The notes: generated from the letters alone by a model not told the origin. Shown: positions 1 through 14,165, numbered from the stretch's first letter. The stretch: 64,000 nucleotides of DNA from Azolla caroliniana (GCA_043228905.1 JBHGNT010000005.1:2666001-2730000); one strand, 5' to 3'. Made by a program: numbers and translations.

Positions 1-33
1 GGCCAGCTGCTGACCTGTAAACGCGCAGTCCCT

Positions 34-306
34 ACGTGGCACCGTAACTCCCGCTGACGAGTAGTTGCTGGCTGCCTCTCATCACCTCTCTCTCTCTCTC
101 TCTCTTACGCTACCGTCCTCGTCTTGCATGCAAGTGGCTGGACCGACCTGCCTCTCTCTCTCTCTCTCTCTGCCTTACGTGGATCCCGCGTGTCGAACGC
201 CCCGCCACCTGGCACGCTGACGTGTCCTCGCCCCCCTTCGCCGAGCTGGGAAGGTGTGCGAGGGATCACACCGGCCAGCTGTTCGCGGGGTCCCACGCTG
301 ACGTGG
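34..306. promoter_or_regulatory. GC/CpG-rich cluster of ACGT-core (ABRE/G-box/as-1-like) elements, probably the promoter of a gene outside the left edge
   Basis: ACGTGGC at 34-40, ACGTGG at 177-182, and the 12-mer CACGCTGACGTG twice (213-224, 294-305), interleaved with (CT)n tracts. CpG-rich, unlike the background. Confidence 0.45.
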
Positions 307-413
307 AGGCTTGTGGCACTTTATTGGCGGTAGGTAGAGCAAAGACCAAACAAACATAAAAAACCTCAATCATGCAAATCCATTTGATCTGTCTAGCTTT
401 GCAAATATTGAAA

Positions 414-448
<35 letters not shown>

Positions 449-597
449 TTTCTGCTTTCTGCTTTTCGTCTTTTGCTTTTTGCCAATCACACGCGAGGCT
501 GCCAGCCACTCTCTTGTAGAATGTTCCATTCCCCCCCTTTCCTTTGAGCGCTTAGAAAACGTTCGCCTTGTGTGTGTTACATATGTATATGTAGTTA

Positions 598-599
<2 letters not shown>

Positions 600-650
<51 letters not shown>
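600..650. repeat. (TA)n microsatellite
   Basis: Perfect TA run; it creates the spurious YIYIYI ORFs in the track. Confidence 0.95.
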
Positions 651-652
<2 letters not shown>

Positions 653-1051
653 TCAACCACCCACACCGGCCAAAAGTCCACTCTTCTCCTCCCCCACCAC
701 CCTTCATCGCCAATTGCTTTATCCCACAATCCTTTTTTTGTTGCATGTCTACGTAACAATATGGATTGAGTTACTTTGCCTCAATCACCTCCTTGGCCTC
801 ACTGTACAGAGAGAAGTTGAACAATTTGTATCGTGCCACCACTGCCACAATGGCGACATTTTATGCCCATTGCACCACCAACACATGGGGGTGATCCTTG
901 AATTCTTTTTGGGACACTAAAACACCAAGCCTACGACTTTGAGTGTAATAGTCACATTCTCTCTCTATCCATTTACTCTCTATAATAAATACAATTGCAA
1001 TATTGCTGCATTGGAAGCCCCTACTCAATGTTAAGAGAGAAAGAGAGAGAG

Positions 1052-1160
1052 CCCATATGGATGTAGCTCTGTTGGTAAGGTTGCCCAATGGAGACCAGTT
1101 GGTCATGGGTTCAACCCCTACATTCCACAATGGCATCTAGTGAATTAAGAGATAAGAAAG
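1052..1160 (+). mobile_element. tRNA-derived SINE
   Basis: Pol III A box TAGCTCTGTTGG (1064-1075) and B box GGTTCAACCCC (1108-1118), followed by a non-tRNA tail. Three related copies lie at 24403-24792. Confidence 0.7.
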
Positions 1161-3561
1161 AGAGATTATTATGTTGAATTTCTATGTTGGATGTTAGAGC
1201 AAGTGGGGATCATTTCCTCAAGTGCATATTTTGGTTTTCTAATGGCACGTCCCTCTCCAAACATAGGATAGGTAGGTAGAGGAGACGAAGAAGTGTTGTA
1301 ACAAGTGGATTTTACATACAATTAGTATAATTGCGTCCTTTTACAGAAAAAAACGAAAGAGAGAGAGAGAGAGAGAGAGTAATAATTAACCACAAATAAT
1401 TCAACAAAGACAAACGATTGTTTCCTTTTCGAGGGAGCCACACAATAAAGAGAGAAACTACAATTCGCTTTTGACCAAGCATATTGAAAAATTTAAGGGA
1501 AGATGGAACATATATCTCAATATGTATGAGGAAGGAACCATATTCTCAATGATTTGTCTATTCCTCATGGATATATACACATATTAGAGTAGAGTGGTGT
1601 CACATGAGATGAACCTCTTATCTTTGTCAAGCATTGGGGAGCATTAACTTTCGGATACGTTTGATGGATGATCAAAACTAATCAATATATGCCATTGCAA
1701 AGTTTGGTTGACTCCAAGTTGCTCTAGCATTTCCTATCGCATTGTACCATTGCAAACGTTGTATGCTTTTTGCCCTTTTGTCCTATGCAAATATAGAGAT
1801 TTCTTGTATTTTTTGACCTTTTGAGGGGCTTGGGTATCACTATGCTCAAACCATAAAGAGAAACTGCCAACAACATGGTTATTTCATGCCTCCTTTCTAG
1901 GTTATTAGATTGGTTTACAACCAATCTGATAGTTATTAAATGGATTGTGATTGAATTACTTCCCCTTTTGGACACTTTTTCCTTATAAAGATTACCACTA
2001 CATGACTGGTCATTACTTTCTTATCTTGAATTGGTTTGTCACATGGGTTCATGAGTCTACTCCTTATTTAAAGTACATTTTTGGTTGAAGTTCATGTCAC
2101 ATGCACGTTTATCGTTTGATCCAAAGAAAAAGGGTTTCCTACATTTTTCACAACCCAAGGTTGGAAAGTAATTATAATATTTCCTTTCATGATTGTACCC
2201 AAAATTGAATCTAATAATTACAATCATGGATTCCACATTCATCTCGACGGGTTGCAAACATTATTTTGTGTAAACAAATACAATAGGTTTTTTATTTTGA
2301 GTAGCCACACCAATCTGACTTTGAGGAAATCCATAACATTCTTCTGCCCTTTTGCAACTACTAATTTTGAGTGTGTACTGAGTTGTTTAATGCATGAACC
2401 ACCAACTAGTTTAATGCGTGAACCTTCCATTATCATTGATGGAGCATCCAACTAACTAGGGTTTATAAATCACCATTTTGTGTTTAAAAAGGGAGTGATG
2501 CAAACATTTATTATAGGGTAGCAAGTCATTGCTTGTTAGTTAGATCGGATGCACGTGGTTATGGCCCATTCAAAAGGTGAGATATATGTATATGATAGAA
2601 ACAACAATAATCATATGTGACAATCCAAAAGCAAATAGAAAATGCACATAAAACTTCAAAATTAGGGAAGCTCAACAATTAAGATTTCAGAAACGTGGGC
2701 CACAATGGGACTACTTCATCAACTATGATTCCATTTAAGTTCAATCCCATTATATCTACATTAATGCAACCATAAAAAGATATTAACTAACATGAAGTGA
2801 GACATGGGTCAAAATGAGTATTAAGAATAGCCCTTATGTGGGTCATCTTTAATGAAAGGAGGGGGCAATTCACATGCATGTTCATGGTTTAGACATTGAT
2901 TCCCATACATATAAATTATTGTACTTGTTATTCAAACATTGCATTGGAGTTCTCCTAAGTTCTAACATTGCTAAATGTGAACGACTATAAGTAATATGTA
3001 AAGGCCTTATGTTTCCCAACTGTGGCGAAACACAAGTAAATGAATGACAAACACAAAATGTTCTAATAATCTTTAGTATGATCGAGATGTGACCTTGACA
3101 AAGTGCATGAGCCCTAATACAATGAGCAATCGATTCAAGTTGAAATGTCACTTTCAATCAATAATGTGATGCATATATATATATATATATATATAACAAA
3201 AGGCACCTACCTAAATCGTTTTAATTAATGTGAGGACTAGTTTGGGACAATTTACATTATAAGGAATGGGTAACACACACTCTATTGTTGGATCAAAGAG
3301 ACGTTTTAGTATTGACAACATTTAATGAAGATTATTCAAAGAAGGAATATGTAGACATTGTGGGCCTTTTTCATGCAAGGGGTGAAGACAAAGGGGTAAA
3401 ACAATGTTCCATAGAATACATGTAAGATTTCTACAAATATTCCTCTACAGTTATGTTGTTGTATCAGTAATCTGATCATAATATCGTACCACATCACGCA
3501 TGAAGATGGAACTCGGATCAATCAGTGAATACTCATTTACTCTCTCTCTCTCTCTCTCTCT

Positions 3562-3592
<31 letters not shown>

Positions 3593-3703
3593 ATATATTT
3601 GGGCATCAGTAATTCTTTCCTCAAATCTGTATGTAAGACACAAGATTGTGCTAAACTGAAAGGAGACCATCAAACCAATTTTATATTGGTCTAGAACAAC
3701 CGC

Positions 3704-4272
3704 ATGGCCCTAAATTTGGATGTCATTCGAGAGCATAATTGAAGGATAAGTTTGTTCTCCCCATATTGGGCCTTCTTTCACCGTCAATATCCTTCATTTG
3801 TCTCCCACTCCGTTATTTATGCACAATATATGTGACCGAATCATATATAAGCCCAATATTTTCATCTAACAGGGTAAACTGGTCGCATATTTGCACCAGT
3901 GACATTCTTTAAGCAGCCAAGAATGAACACATACTAGATCTGATGAAGGAAGATGATCTCCATATGTATGCCAATCTTTATGGGCAATCCACCTTTGGGT
4001 ATCCTATGGAAGTGCCTTCTGTATAGTTGCTCGGAATCTGTAAACCCTAAACCCTAAACCTCTTAACAAAATTTTGTTATGGAAGCACCAGTTTTGCTTG
4101 TTTAGTTTTGGATGGCAAGGATTATGCTACTAAAATAGCCAATGTGATTAATCAAGACTAGTGATCACTTGAAAGTTGTGCCAATTGATGATGCGATCAT
4201 TTTGTGCGAGAACAGTTTCCTCAAGAAGTTAATGAGATTATTATAGAGTTTTTGAGCTCCATTTCTCCATAA
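3704..4272 (+). pseudogene. Decayed soluble epoxide hydrolase (alpha/beta-hydrolase) pseudogene
   Basis: Hand translation gives HILDLMKEDDLHMYANLYGQSTFGYPMEVP, FVMEAPVLLV..GKDY and HFVREQFPQEVNEIIIEFL*. These resemble the plant EH motifs EEDLxxYAxLYExSGF..LQVPY and catalytic-His HFVQEQxPxxVN. Stops, frameshifts and deletions are present; the part upstream of about 3898 is weakly supported. Confidence 0.75.
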
Positions 4273-5496
4273 TTGTTGAGTAGCAACATGTGAGTAATGT
4301 CGAACTACTATTTGATGGTTGTAATCTACTCCACAGTAGTTGCGATATCTCCAACGTATGAATAAATTGTCAGTGTACTGTTTACAATGCTTATGGACAT
4401 ATTAATGGCCTTTGCATAATGTGTAGGTAGATTAAGATAATCACAAGCAACATGATGAAACACAGACTTTCCCAATAGTATGTACATGAAATAGAAATTT
4501 TGTTAGATGAATTTCTTGTGTAATGCCTAATTAGTCACAATATGGATAATGTGCATAGTGATTTCTTAATATGGTTATTTTCCCACTAGAGACCATGTGT
4601 GGAAGTATGCTATTTTATCCATGGCATTGAATGATTATATGAAGATTAAGGTGTAATCAAGAAAACATCAATGTAGTCTTGCCGATACTCAAATAATATA
4701 GCTTTATTCCCATGAATTTTCATTCTTTGTATTGTGGAGCTCTTTCCTTCAAATCATATTATTGAGAATGAAAATGTTGTGGGCGATGGCGGTAAGGACA
4801 AACCTTTTGATCAATCAAATGTTTGTAAGGAAATGTATGTATACACAATCCAGTGTAAGATATGTCCTCATAGCTGCTCATTTACATTGGATGTTGGCGC
4901 TTCCTAGAAGTAAAATTGGGGAATCATATTAGGTCGCTCTCAAATTTGTGGGCCCCCTCGACCCCAACACATGTTTGGCAAATTCTTTTCTTTATGAATG
5001 GACCAATTTCTTATTCATGGATGTAAGAATAGGAAAATTATGAGGAGGCACCATATATTGTGAGGAATTTAATAAAGATTTAACATATTTAATTTGGTTT
5101 TTATCAACATGGGCCGAAGATTTTGTAAACAATGCACCAAACTAAGGTGTCAAGAAGGTTTCAATATTATGCACAATACAAGTATCTAAGTACATTATGT
5201 ATTCATTGATCTATCACACCAATCTCATCGAAAATGTGTGGGTTCATTGAGTCAACATAAACAAAAAGCTATAATTCTTAAAGAAACATTCGATAACATC
5301 TAAAGTTTGGTTGGCATTTCATGTCGTAAAACGTAGTCAATTTCGAATTCGCTCTAAAGGTTTCCTTGTGAATCTTACACGTGATATATTTCCAACCAAC
5401 ATGGCTAAATCTTATATTAACACCACACAACAATAACCTCAAATATACATAACACACGAGTTCTAAATTTGATTTTCTATCATGAAATTCCATGTG

Positions 5497-6320
5497 GGTA
5501 AGTTGTGGCTAGATTTGAGGCTGGATGCAAATTTTGTGGTCACCCTTTGGAATCAATTCCTCATTGTTTTTGGAATTGTAACGAGGCTATTAACATTTGG
5601 CGTAGAAGTCTCCGGATAGTGGCAGCATGCGGCGTGAATGGGAGAGTTGTATGGGTGTCCGTACAGGGGCTGAAGTTAACAGGGGAAGGTTGGGCTGAAT
5701 AGTTAAACCCTCACGGACATGGATTTATAGTGCAGGGTGGCAAGGTGTTTCAACGGGCTAGAGTTCGACCTGACACTAACTCAGAACTTTTTGAAGAGAT
5801 ATGGAGGATGGTGGCTTGTTTATCGGTATGGCACATTTGGACCAACCGCTGTAAGTTTGTTTTTCAACAACAAAAGATCCCTAGTGGTGAGGTATTAATA
5901 AATATCTGGTTTGAGTTGGTCTCTTGGCTGCGGGAACGATACAACTCGATTACGGGGGAATCTGATGCAGCTGAAAGATCTCGATCAAAGTTCTTGCTGA
6001 AATGGGGTAATTCTCCTATGGTCGGCAGGTCATCATCAGGGCCTCAATGGCACTACCAAGCACCCCGATGGTTGTTTCCCCCAATAGTTTCCAACAGTGT
6101 CTAGGTGCTGTAAATTTGTATAGTTATGGTACAAATAACTAGGTTATTGGAGTTGTTTGGATACGTTTGTTGAAAATGAGGTGGGGACTATGTCCGCTTT
6201 GGTGGGAAGGCCAGAGTGAGGACTGTTGAGAGGAATTTTGAGAGTTCTATGATGTAATTTTGTTTGCTAACTAATGCGAAGTAGTGATTTTTTGGAAAAA
6301 AAATAAAAAATAAAAAAATT
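5497..6320 (+). mobile_element. 5'-truncated L1-clade LINE (ORF2 zf-RVT and C-terminus, 3' UTR, A tail)
   Basis: CKFCGHPLESIPHCFWNC zinc finger, IWTNRCKFVF, terminal WHYQAPRWLFPP, A-rich tail at about 6296-6318. Confidence 0.85.
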
Positions 6321-7806
6321 AAGCATGCCCATATATAATTAGACCCATTTCCACATATGTTTCCAGAATAATATGTGAGGACACATACACCTAACCACCT
6401 CAATGCCACATTTTTTGTTATGCTTCATAGATGATATTTTCATTTCTAGGCAAGTGAAATTGTTTTCATGTATTCTATTATTTTGTATGACGTTAACACA
6501 ACTATTATGTGTTCAATAGTGTCGTAGTCCACATTGTTGTACACATGACACACATGGCTTTACTGTTCATACGTCGCCAACGCAAAGTGCATGTTGGAAC
6601 TAATATTTTTCATCATATGACGTTTTCAATTGTCGATACCTTAAACTTAATAAGGACACATCAATGCATATGTGTATTAGGTATATAATTCTATAAAACT
6701 TTACTATTTCCAAGTATTCAATATATAAAAATTTACTATTTCAAGGTATTCATCATTCCTTGATTCATTTTGCACATATTGTCAAAGTTTCTACATTATC
6801 AATGTGGAGTACTTGTCATCCAACAACCTTGAGATTAGCATTGGCGCACACGAGATAAGTGTACATGTAAACAAAAGAGGACAAGAAAGAGAAAAACATA
6901 GAATATGTACAATATAGCATTCTGGCTATCCTAGTATGCGTAGGCATAAACTATTGTAAAAAACAATATAAGTATATAAGTCAGTTTTGTGCCTTTTGAT
7001 ACTTCTTTTTCTATATTTTCTCAACACTTAGATTAGAGCCCTTCTTTCTCTTTCTCTCATTAATTTGAAAAGCTCACTACTTTAATTAATGTGATGTATC
7101 CAAAAATAAGTTAGATCATATATTCAAAGTAAAACATAAGCCTATGTATAAACACCACTCTTTAACGTAAGGCTTTTCTTAAATAGGGCCAAAGCATAAA
7201 AAGAGTACATAAGTGACGCATGGGTCAAACAACAATAAGGGAAGCAAATGAGATGAGATACCCTCACAAATAGTTCTTATGGATATGATCTAATATTAAT
7301 GATATTTATCATCGAGATTGAATCTATGGTCTAAAACTCAAGGACATAACAAATATCAAAATCTAGAACATTTCTCAAGGCCCATTTGTCTCACTGTTTT
7401 ACATTTTTGCGAAATGATAGTTACCATTGTGACTCGCAAAAAGTCTTGGGGCAATACATACCTTGATGCCCAATCAATTATAACATGCTTAATAGTAGAG
7501 AATCGAGATGCCTTATCGTCTTTGACTTATGGATAATTGGAAGTAGCACATTAGAGTATCAAATGGTCACATATTATGTTCACTCGTGCGATCACACTAT
7601 CAAATGTGTATATAGCACGATGGTAGATGTTAATATTATTGTATTCTAAAACATTGAATTAGGTAACATTAACTTGAACTTGGCAAAAGAAAATCTAAAA
7701 GACCACCCCCATACTATGATGGTTTTACTAAATAAAAGGGCAAACATTAAGCTCTATATCTTTGTCACATATTTTTTTCTCACAAACATGAGTCATGGCA
7801 GAATTG

Positions 7807-8690
7807 TTTTTTTTTTTTAAAGAATATATTTCATTAGTTAAAATGTCATTCAGTACACCAACTTTAGTCCCTTTATCGGGTAGTCATTGCCTACTTCCAT
7901 ATGGGCGACATCACTTATTTATCTTACACATCACCTGCATTCAATAGCCCACATGTTTGTTCTCTATGTATCTAATGTCATTCACGCTCCACTTTCATCT
8001 AATGGGAGGGGGGAACAACCATCTGGGTACTATGTACTGCCATCGAATATCCATTCCAGTTTCTGCTGCCATTAGTGTAGTACACCAACATTTTCGGAAA
8101 TTCAGTCTCATTAGTTATGAAGCATCATGTGTTCCATCAATCTACTCGTATTGTGCCCTCAATGTAGTTATTAAGGTGTGCCATATTAGCTTAATAGATT
8201 CAATTGGAGGCCGTTTGTTTGCTGAAAATACCTTGGTACATCTTGCCGTCCATATGCTCCATATGATAATGGGTGCAAGCAACATCCATAGATCTCCTAT
8301 TTTCTACTTCTGTGCACTAACTGTAGGTGCCTTGTTATCAATTGTCAATCAAATACTTCCATTATCCCCTTTGTACATTGCTTTGCATGTGCTATCAAAT
8401 TTATCCACATCATCATCAAGACAGCTCCAACAAGCATGACCCATTTGAGGGTAAATGAGCTAGAGGCATGGCATAACAATCGTAATGCCTTTCCCCATAC
8501 AACTGCTGCCTCGCGACATTCCCATAGACAATGGGAAATGGTTTCTAGTTGTCCACATGCACTATATCTAGGGTCTATATTGGGGCCTTTAGCCCATGTC
8601 CCTACCAGCAAGGCTCTATGCACAATAAGCCATAAGCACATCATTATCTTGCGGTCACCACTGTCATGCCATATCATTTTCCAGAATTTA
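7807..8690 (-). mobile_element. 5'-truncated, decayed LINE of the same family as the full-length element at 42448-49023
   Basis: Clearly alignable by eye to about 42470-43350 (KFWKMIWHD..RKIMMCLWL..HRALLVGTWAKGP); poly(T) at 7807-7818 is the tail. Confidence 0.9.
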
Positions 8691-9135
8691 CATATAGATA
8701 GTACCAATGCACATGGATTTTGATAACAATTTTATGGCCGAATCTAGATAAATGGATTGTTTTTAAAACCAATTAAACCACAAAATGGTGAAAAGAACAA
8801 CTACTATCCTATATATATATTTACTCAATGCCATGGAAAAATATGAAATAATAATAGTAAATGTAAACTCATCAAGGACGTTATATGATTGTTTTGATAC
8901 CGAGACTTTTTATAAAAAAAGCAATGTACATGGAAATTTTGGATCATTGTGAACTTTGTTGCTTTAATCAAACGTGTTGTTTTGTAGTAATAATACAAAA
9001 GTGCTAAAATAAATTAAGGATTGCACCATTTTTCTATTGTTTGGCTTAGGGGTAAGATGTTTTGGTTCATGCGTCTCTATCATTTTCTATGTCCAATAAG
9101 AAAAAAAGGAGGATGACTCTAAAACGAGGTAGTTA

Positions 9136-11414
9136 TTATTTCCCTGTTGTGCATTGCTTACTTTCAATGTCCCTCTCTTGTGGATGCACAACTAGTCGAC
9201 AATTCAAATAGACCTGTGAAAACCCAAACTTGTTATTGTAACAAAGCTCCAATGAATCACTATTAAAAACAAACATTCCAATTTTAGAAAATATTTCAAC
9301 ATAAGTATAGGTCTATACATACATTTGATTTTAAGATGGGGAGGGGAGTTAGAGATATGGAAATTATTAGTTCATTCTATAATAACATGAAACCTATACA
9401 CCAAATGTACAAATCTAAGTTCAAAATTCTAAAATGATCAAAGAAAGAAAGAAAGAAAGAAAGATATATTAACGTCTTCTAAGGCCAAAATTGGCCCATG
9501 AGACAGTTGGTTTACAATAAAAATGAGTGTTTGTCCAATCATCAAAATGAAAATAAAAGAAAATAGCTTAAGCTAAAAGAGTTCAAAGAGAGATGCATTA
9601 GATTCATCAATGGTCAAATATGAATTGTAGAATTGAGTGATAGAAAAATATTACATTGGGTTTGGGTTCACCCATCGTTCTATGTGTGATCATTTTGGCT
9701 AAGAAATTGGATACAAGGGTGGAGCCTAACATATGTCAAATAATGTCAACGTTGAGTTTTTTCAGTTCAAACCGTGAACCTACCTAGAAAAGAGAAATCG
9801 AAATCCATCCCCTTCCTATAGATAGTAGTCATACATTGTTATGTATTGGCTTGTCGCTTGATATTAAGTACTTAGTCAGATGCTACCAACATTAGCCCAA
9901 GGTAATAATAGGGAAGAGATTCATAAACCTTACGAAGAAGCCCTAAGACACAACCATAAATACTAAAATGTAAAAGAAATATTAAAAAAACCGAAGTGTA
10001 TAAGTCTTTTTAATCGTCTTCCCTTTCCACTTTTGAGACTGAACCAAACATTGTCTCATAATATTCACCTGAGTAAAATATGAATTGTTACATCAAAACT
10101 AATAACGCACTCTCAATGGTCAAAATTTGGATTAATGTACATATAGTGAATGAGAGTGCATTTTGTGTCTTACAAAGAATGGTGTGTAGAGAGAATTAAA
10201 ATGTCGTGGCAAAAATTTAAATGAGCTCAAATGGTTTGGTCTAGAGAGAGAGAGAGGGAGGGAGGGAGAATGAATGCAATCTATGGGATACAAGCAAGTC
10301 GGCCATGGCAAAAGAGAAGTTGTAGTACTACAATATAAAGGACTATTCATTTTATTCAATTACAGTAAAAACGCTTTAAATATTCATGAAGAAAATAGTA
10401 AAGTAGGGTTCATACAAAATGAGCATTCAAGTTGTTCACATTATTGACGAAATGAGGTGAGCATCACAATTCATACCAAATGCATCACACTATGAATGGA
10501 ATGTTGGCTTATGTATTGCCAAAGTGTGGGGGACAATCCATATTAAACCTAGAGGGAAATTGTGTGATTCATATGAGAATTCATGTTCATCCATGGGTAG
10601 TAAATGCAAAACATATCATTTTCTCATTAACCCTCTACTATGTAATTCATCATACACACACACAAATGCAAATACATGGTTGGTTATTTTCTCACTATAC
10701 ATTGATGTGATGTAATTTCCATCGTTTGTGATTATATCCTGATTAACATAAAATATAGATACACATTCACATACATGCATACATCAGATATATAACTAGG
10801 GAACAAACCATGTATTGTATTGCTTGTGAGAAAGAGAGATGTCATACCTTGACCTTGGGAGAATTAATTCCAATCACCTTGACTCTAGCCTCCACAAGTC
10901 CAATGATGTTGAGGGCCAAAGTATCATTTGCGATATCATTGATGAGGTCAATAGATGAGGGTTGGAGCACATTGAGGTGATTCGCAACAACGATGATTGT
11001 GAGTGCGTTGCTACCACGAGGAGCTTGGTGAAAGAAAGGCACTTGAGCTTCCCCAAGGAGGGTGTTCCTATAGACACATGTAAGGTTAGTTGGGATATAA
11101 TCAATGGCGACTTTGTTGGGGTTAGTGGCAAGAAAGACAAGGGTGATATTTGCAGAGACAATGGCTTCATTGGAATCAATGTTGGTACTAGGTCCTTGCA
11201 TGCGCTTCTCCGCATCAAAATTATGTAGGTTTGCAGATTCAAGGTGGAATTGGGGCTTAGCAGGGCGCAATGCGAGTATAAAGAAAAGGGCAATGCCAAT
11301 GCCAACAATCATGAGCAAGAGGAAGGAGAGTGAAAGACAACAACAACATCCACATAAACCATGTGCCGGAGAATCCTCGCGATATGTAGAAGTGTTTGCT
11401 CTCTGATAAGCCAT
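9136..11414 (-). CDS. LEA_2 / NDR1-HIN1-like membrane protein; 2 exons (11414-10848, 9213-9136), about 214 aa
   Basis: Cys-rich juxtamembrane segment (CGCCCC) plus a TM helix, RPAKPQF, NPNKVAIDY, LGEAQVPFFHQ. Donor AAG|GTATGA and acceptor TTTTCACAG join an exon reading VYLNCRLVVHPQERDIESKQC, the expected two-Cys C-terminus of this subfamily. Confidence 0.88.
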
Positions 11415-13834
11415 CTCTATCTCTCCTCTTCCTCTTCCTTCCTTTATATTGCTAATTGAAGCAACTTTCATATGCTTTGTTATTATTCTCTCCCTCAACA
11501 ATTTGGATGTCCATTAGTGCTTGAAAGCTCGTCTTTGGCTTGTCAAATATTTCATCACATCTTTTTTAGCAAGTCAAACTTCTTAATCTAAAGACTATAC
11601 TCATGATTAGCTTTGGAGAGCTCATCAAATAGTTATGACTAATTTTGGGGAACCTCTCTCTCTCATGTGATCATGCAAAGCTCCTCTTTCTACACAAAAA
11701 TTGATATGTTCAATCTATGTTAGAAAAGGTGTTACAATTTATGTTGATATATGATTATTTTAACTGGTAAAGCTTTGAGTTGGGGAGAAGTGTAAAGTGA
11801 AAGAGAAAGTAATATTCCTTCGCAATGTGGCACACAACACAACACATACGACAAAACAAAATTGTGTGTGGAAATTTTGTTGGGCCATTTACACACATAT
11901 TACTTGGAGGGAAGGTTTCAAATAAAAGAAACATGTGCATATGCTCTTCAATAAAATGGTGATTATATCAAAGTTGGTCCTATGTCAAACTATGTTGGTA
12001 TAATTGAAATTTTGTTCTCTATTTGTGTGTTCCCATTTTTGACCTCGTCAAATTGTAAAATGTTCCCTATTATCCAAAATTTTGTTTGCAATCTTTAGAC
12101 AATAATGTCTTTGCCTCATCAACCTCTATAACTTGGGTATCACCAATCACAAAGTGGTTCACCCACTAAGTCTTTATGTATCGCGAAACATACAAATTTA
12201 CATTGAATTGTGTGCCCTAGTACATTAAAATGTTATGATCTCCTTCTAAAGCGTCATGAGGCAAGGTTATTTTGAACTGGATATGTGCATAGAATTAGTA
12301 TAGGTACGATGCTTCACGTAAAGGGAGGATCTTGAAGTATATTGTTTCTTGTAAATACGAGGTTCAATACATTTGTAGGTCATAAACTCAACAACTTCAC
12401 ATGTTGGTCACAATGACTTTGGCCCGCTGCAATGTGCATGCTTATACTCTTGAATACATTTCTCTTGTTAAAGAATGAATGGTATCTTTTTGGATCGTGT
12501 TTACATTATACATAAAGAATGAAATGTGTGTTATTGTATGTTTGTTCCAAGTTCAATTTGAGCATAAAATGCCTTAAGCGGCCCACCCATTTAGTAAAAA
12601 TCATCTTCGTAGTTAGTATATTCATAAACATTTACTTTACATACACTGTATCTCCACTAAGAACCTACATTGCCATTATATTTATTTACCATTATCTCCT
12701 TCTCTTAAAGTAGAATTATGTTGGAAATGCAATACAAGCATCTCCTTATTAGTTGATTATAAAAAAGTGACACGTGGCCTTATTATCTTTCAAACATTAG
12801 GGTAAGGATTTCGTAAAAGTGTTTTCACTTTAAGACAAGGTATTTCTTTGAGTTTTGAAATCAATTTAGGCGAATCATCAAATAGTTCTAGATTGCATCC
12901 CATGCTTAGATTTCCGTTGTACATTTCCAATTACAAACTGACACTAGGTTTATATAATTCCCCAAATTGTTTGTGTGTGATATTCAAACATTCCTGCATG
13001 TTATAACTTTAGCACAATTGGATTCTTGTAAATGTCACCTATACAATCCTTGATTATGCCGAAAGAAGAAGATATTTTAAAGTAAATTTGTTAACATCCA
13101 TCACCACTTGATATTGATATGTCTAATGAGGAGCTCACATATTTCGTATTGACCATTTCACATTCCTTTGTGGATTTTACTCTTTCTTATGTCACGACAC
13201 ATTTGGGGTAGCTTTTATCTAAACGTGGCAAACCACCCCCCTTTTGCCATCTTTTTCTCTTTGGTCTGATCTTATTGGCATGTAGATGTAAGCAACTATA
13301 AACAAATAATTTCTCTTTAGATAAGAATAAATGCTCCATTTGGATGTATTATGATGCCATAACAATCTAGACCAAGGCAATAGGCATCCAACAAGTGGTG
13401 AACGTATGTTTGTGATGTACATTGATTCAACTATGCTTGTGTAAGTATATATTCTTCTTTACTATGACCCTTACATTCTCTAGGATTCATGGCACTAACA
13501 ATAGGGAACGTCGAAGCCAAATCTAGTGCTTGTTTGAGGAACTATAATTATTATTAACTACGATTGTTACATAGTCCCAAACAAAGGATGGTAAGCAGTT
13601 TAAAATAGCATGATGTGTGTTTGTTACGTTGCCTTTGACATTTGTTCCTTGTGGATAATCTTCCGATAGTTTTGAATGAGACAATGGCATCACACATATT
13701 CAAAGGGTGTTTAAGTGATGATGGATTTATCATCTTATCATACACACCTCAATTCTAGTAATTGAGGTTTAGGAGTTAGATTGTAAGAAGCATTTTAAGT
13801 GCATGTGAACTTCAATAACTAAAGAATAAGTTGT

Positions 13835-14165
13835 TTTTATTTTATTTATTTCTAAAAAAAAAAAACTACTTCCATTAGTTAAGGCAATGTACAAGGGATA
13901 ATTTACAACTCATATCTTACAAGCCATCTTGCATGTCAAATAATAATAATATTTGTAGATGAAACAACAAAAGAACAACTCCAAAACACCACATCATTCG
14001 ATGCGCATAGCATTACCCGAACGCATACTCTACAAATAGAATTCAGCATAGATGTCCTCCATTCACTTCTCATGGCAGCACCCATCTAGATGTTAGGTAC
14101 ACTCGGGGGAAACAGCCACTGTGGTGGTTGATAATTCCACTTCGCTTTACCATCCACCATCTGCA
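13835..14165 (-). mobile_element. LINE 3' remnant (family shared with 18726-19467 and 50466-50755)
   Basis: KWNYQPPQWLFPPSVPNI* followed by a 3' UTR closely similar to 50466-50755. Confidence 0.85.

Noticed and set aside
105-920. Several ORFs of 63-182 aa at the window start
   Set aside because: They are driven by (CT)n and (TA)n microsatellites, with no domain motifs.
1052-1125. Functional tRNA gene
   Set aside because: A and B boxes are present, but I could not fold a convincing cloverleaf, and the shared non-tRNA tail in several copies indicates a SINE.
1380-3150. Possible decayed transposase or gene sequence
   Set aside because: No recognisable motif in the ORF track or in the segments I translated by hand.
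10842-11501. LEA_2 gene as a single-exon 219-aa ORF
   Set aside because: The track ORF starts at a TTG and its stop lies inside a GTATGA donor; a matching last exon exists at 9213-9136. Candidate acceptors near 10069 and 9784 gave poorer C-termini.
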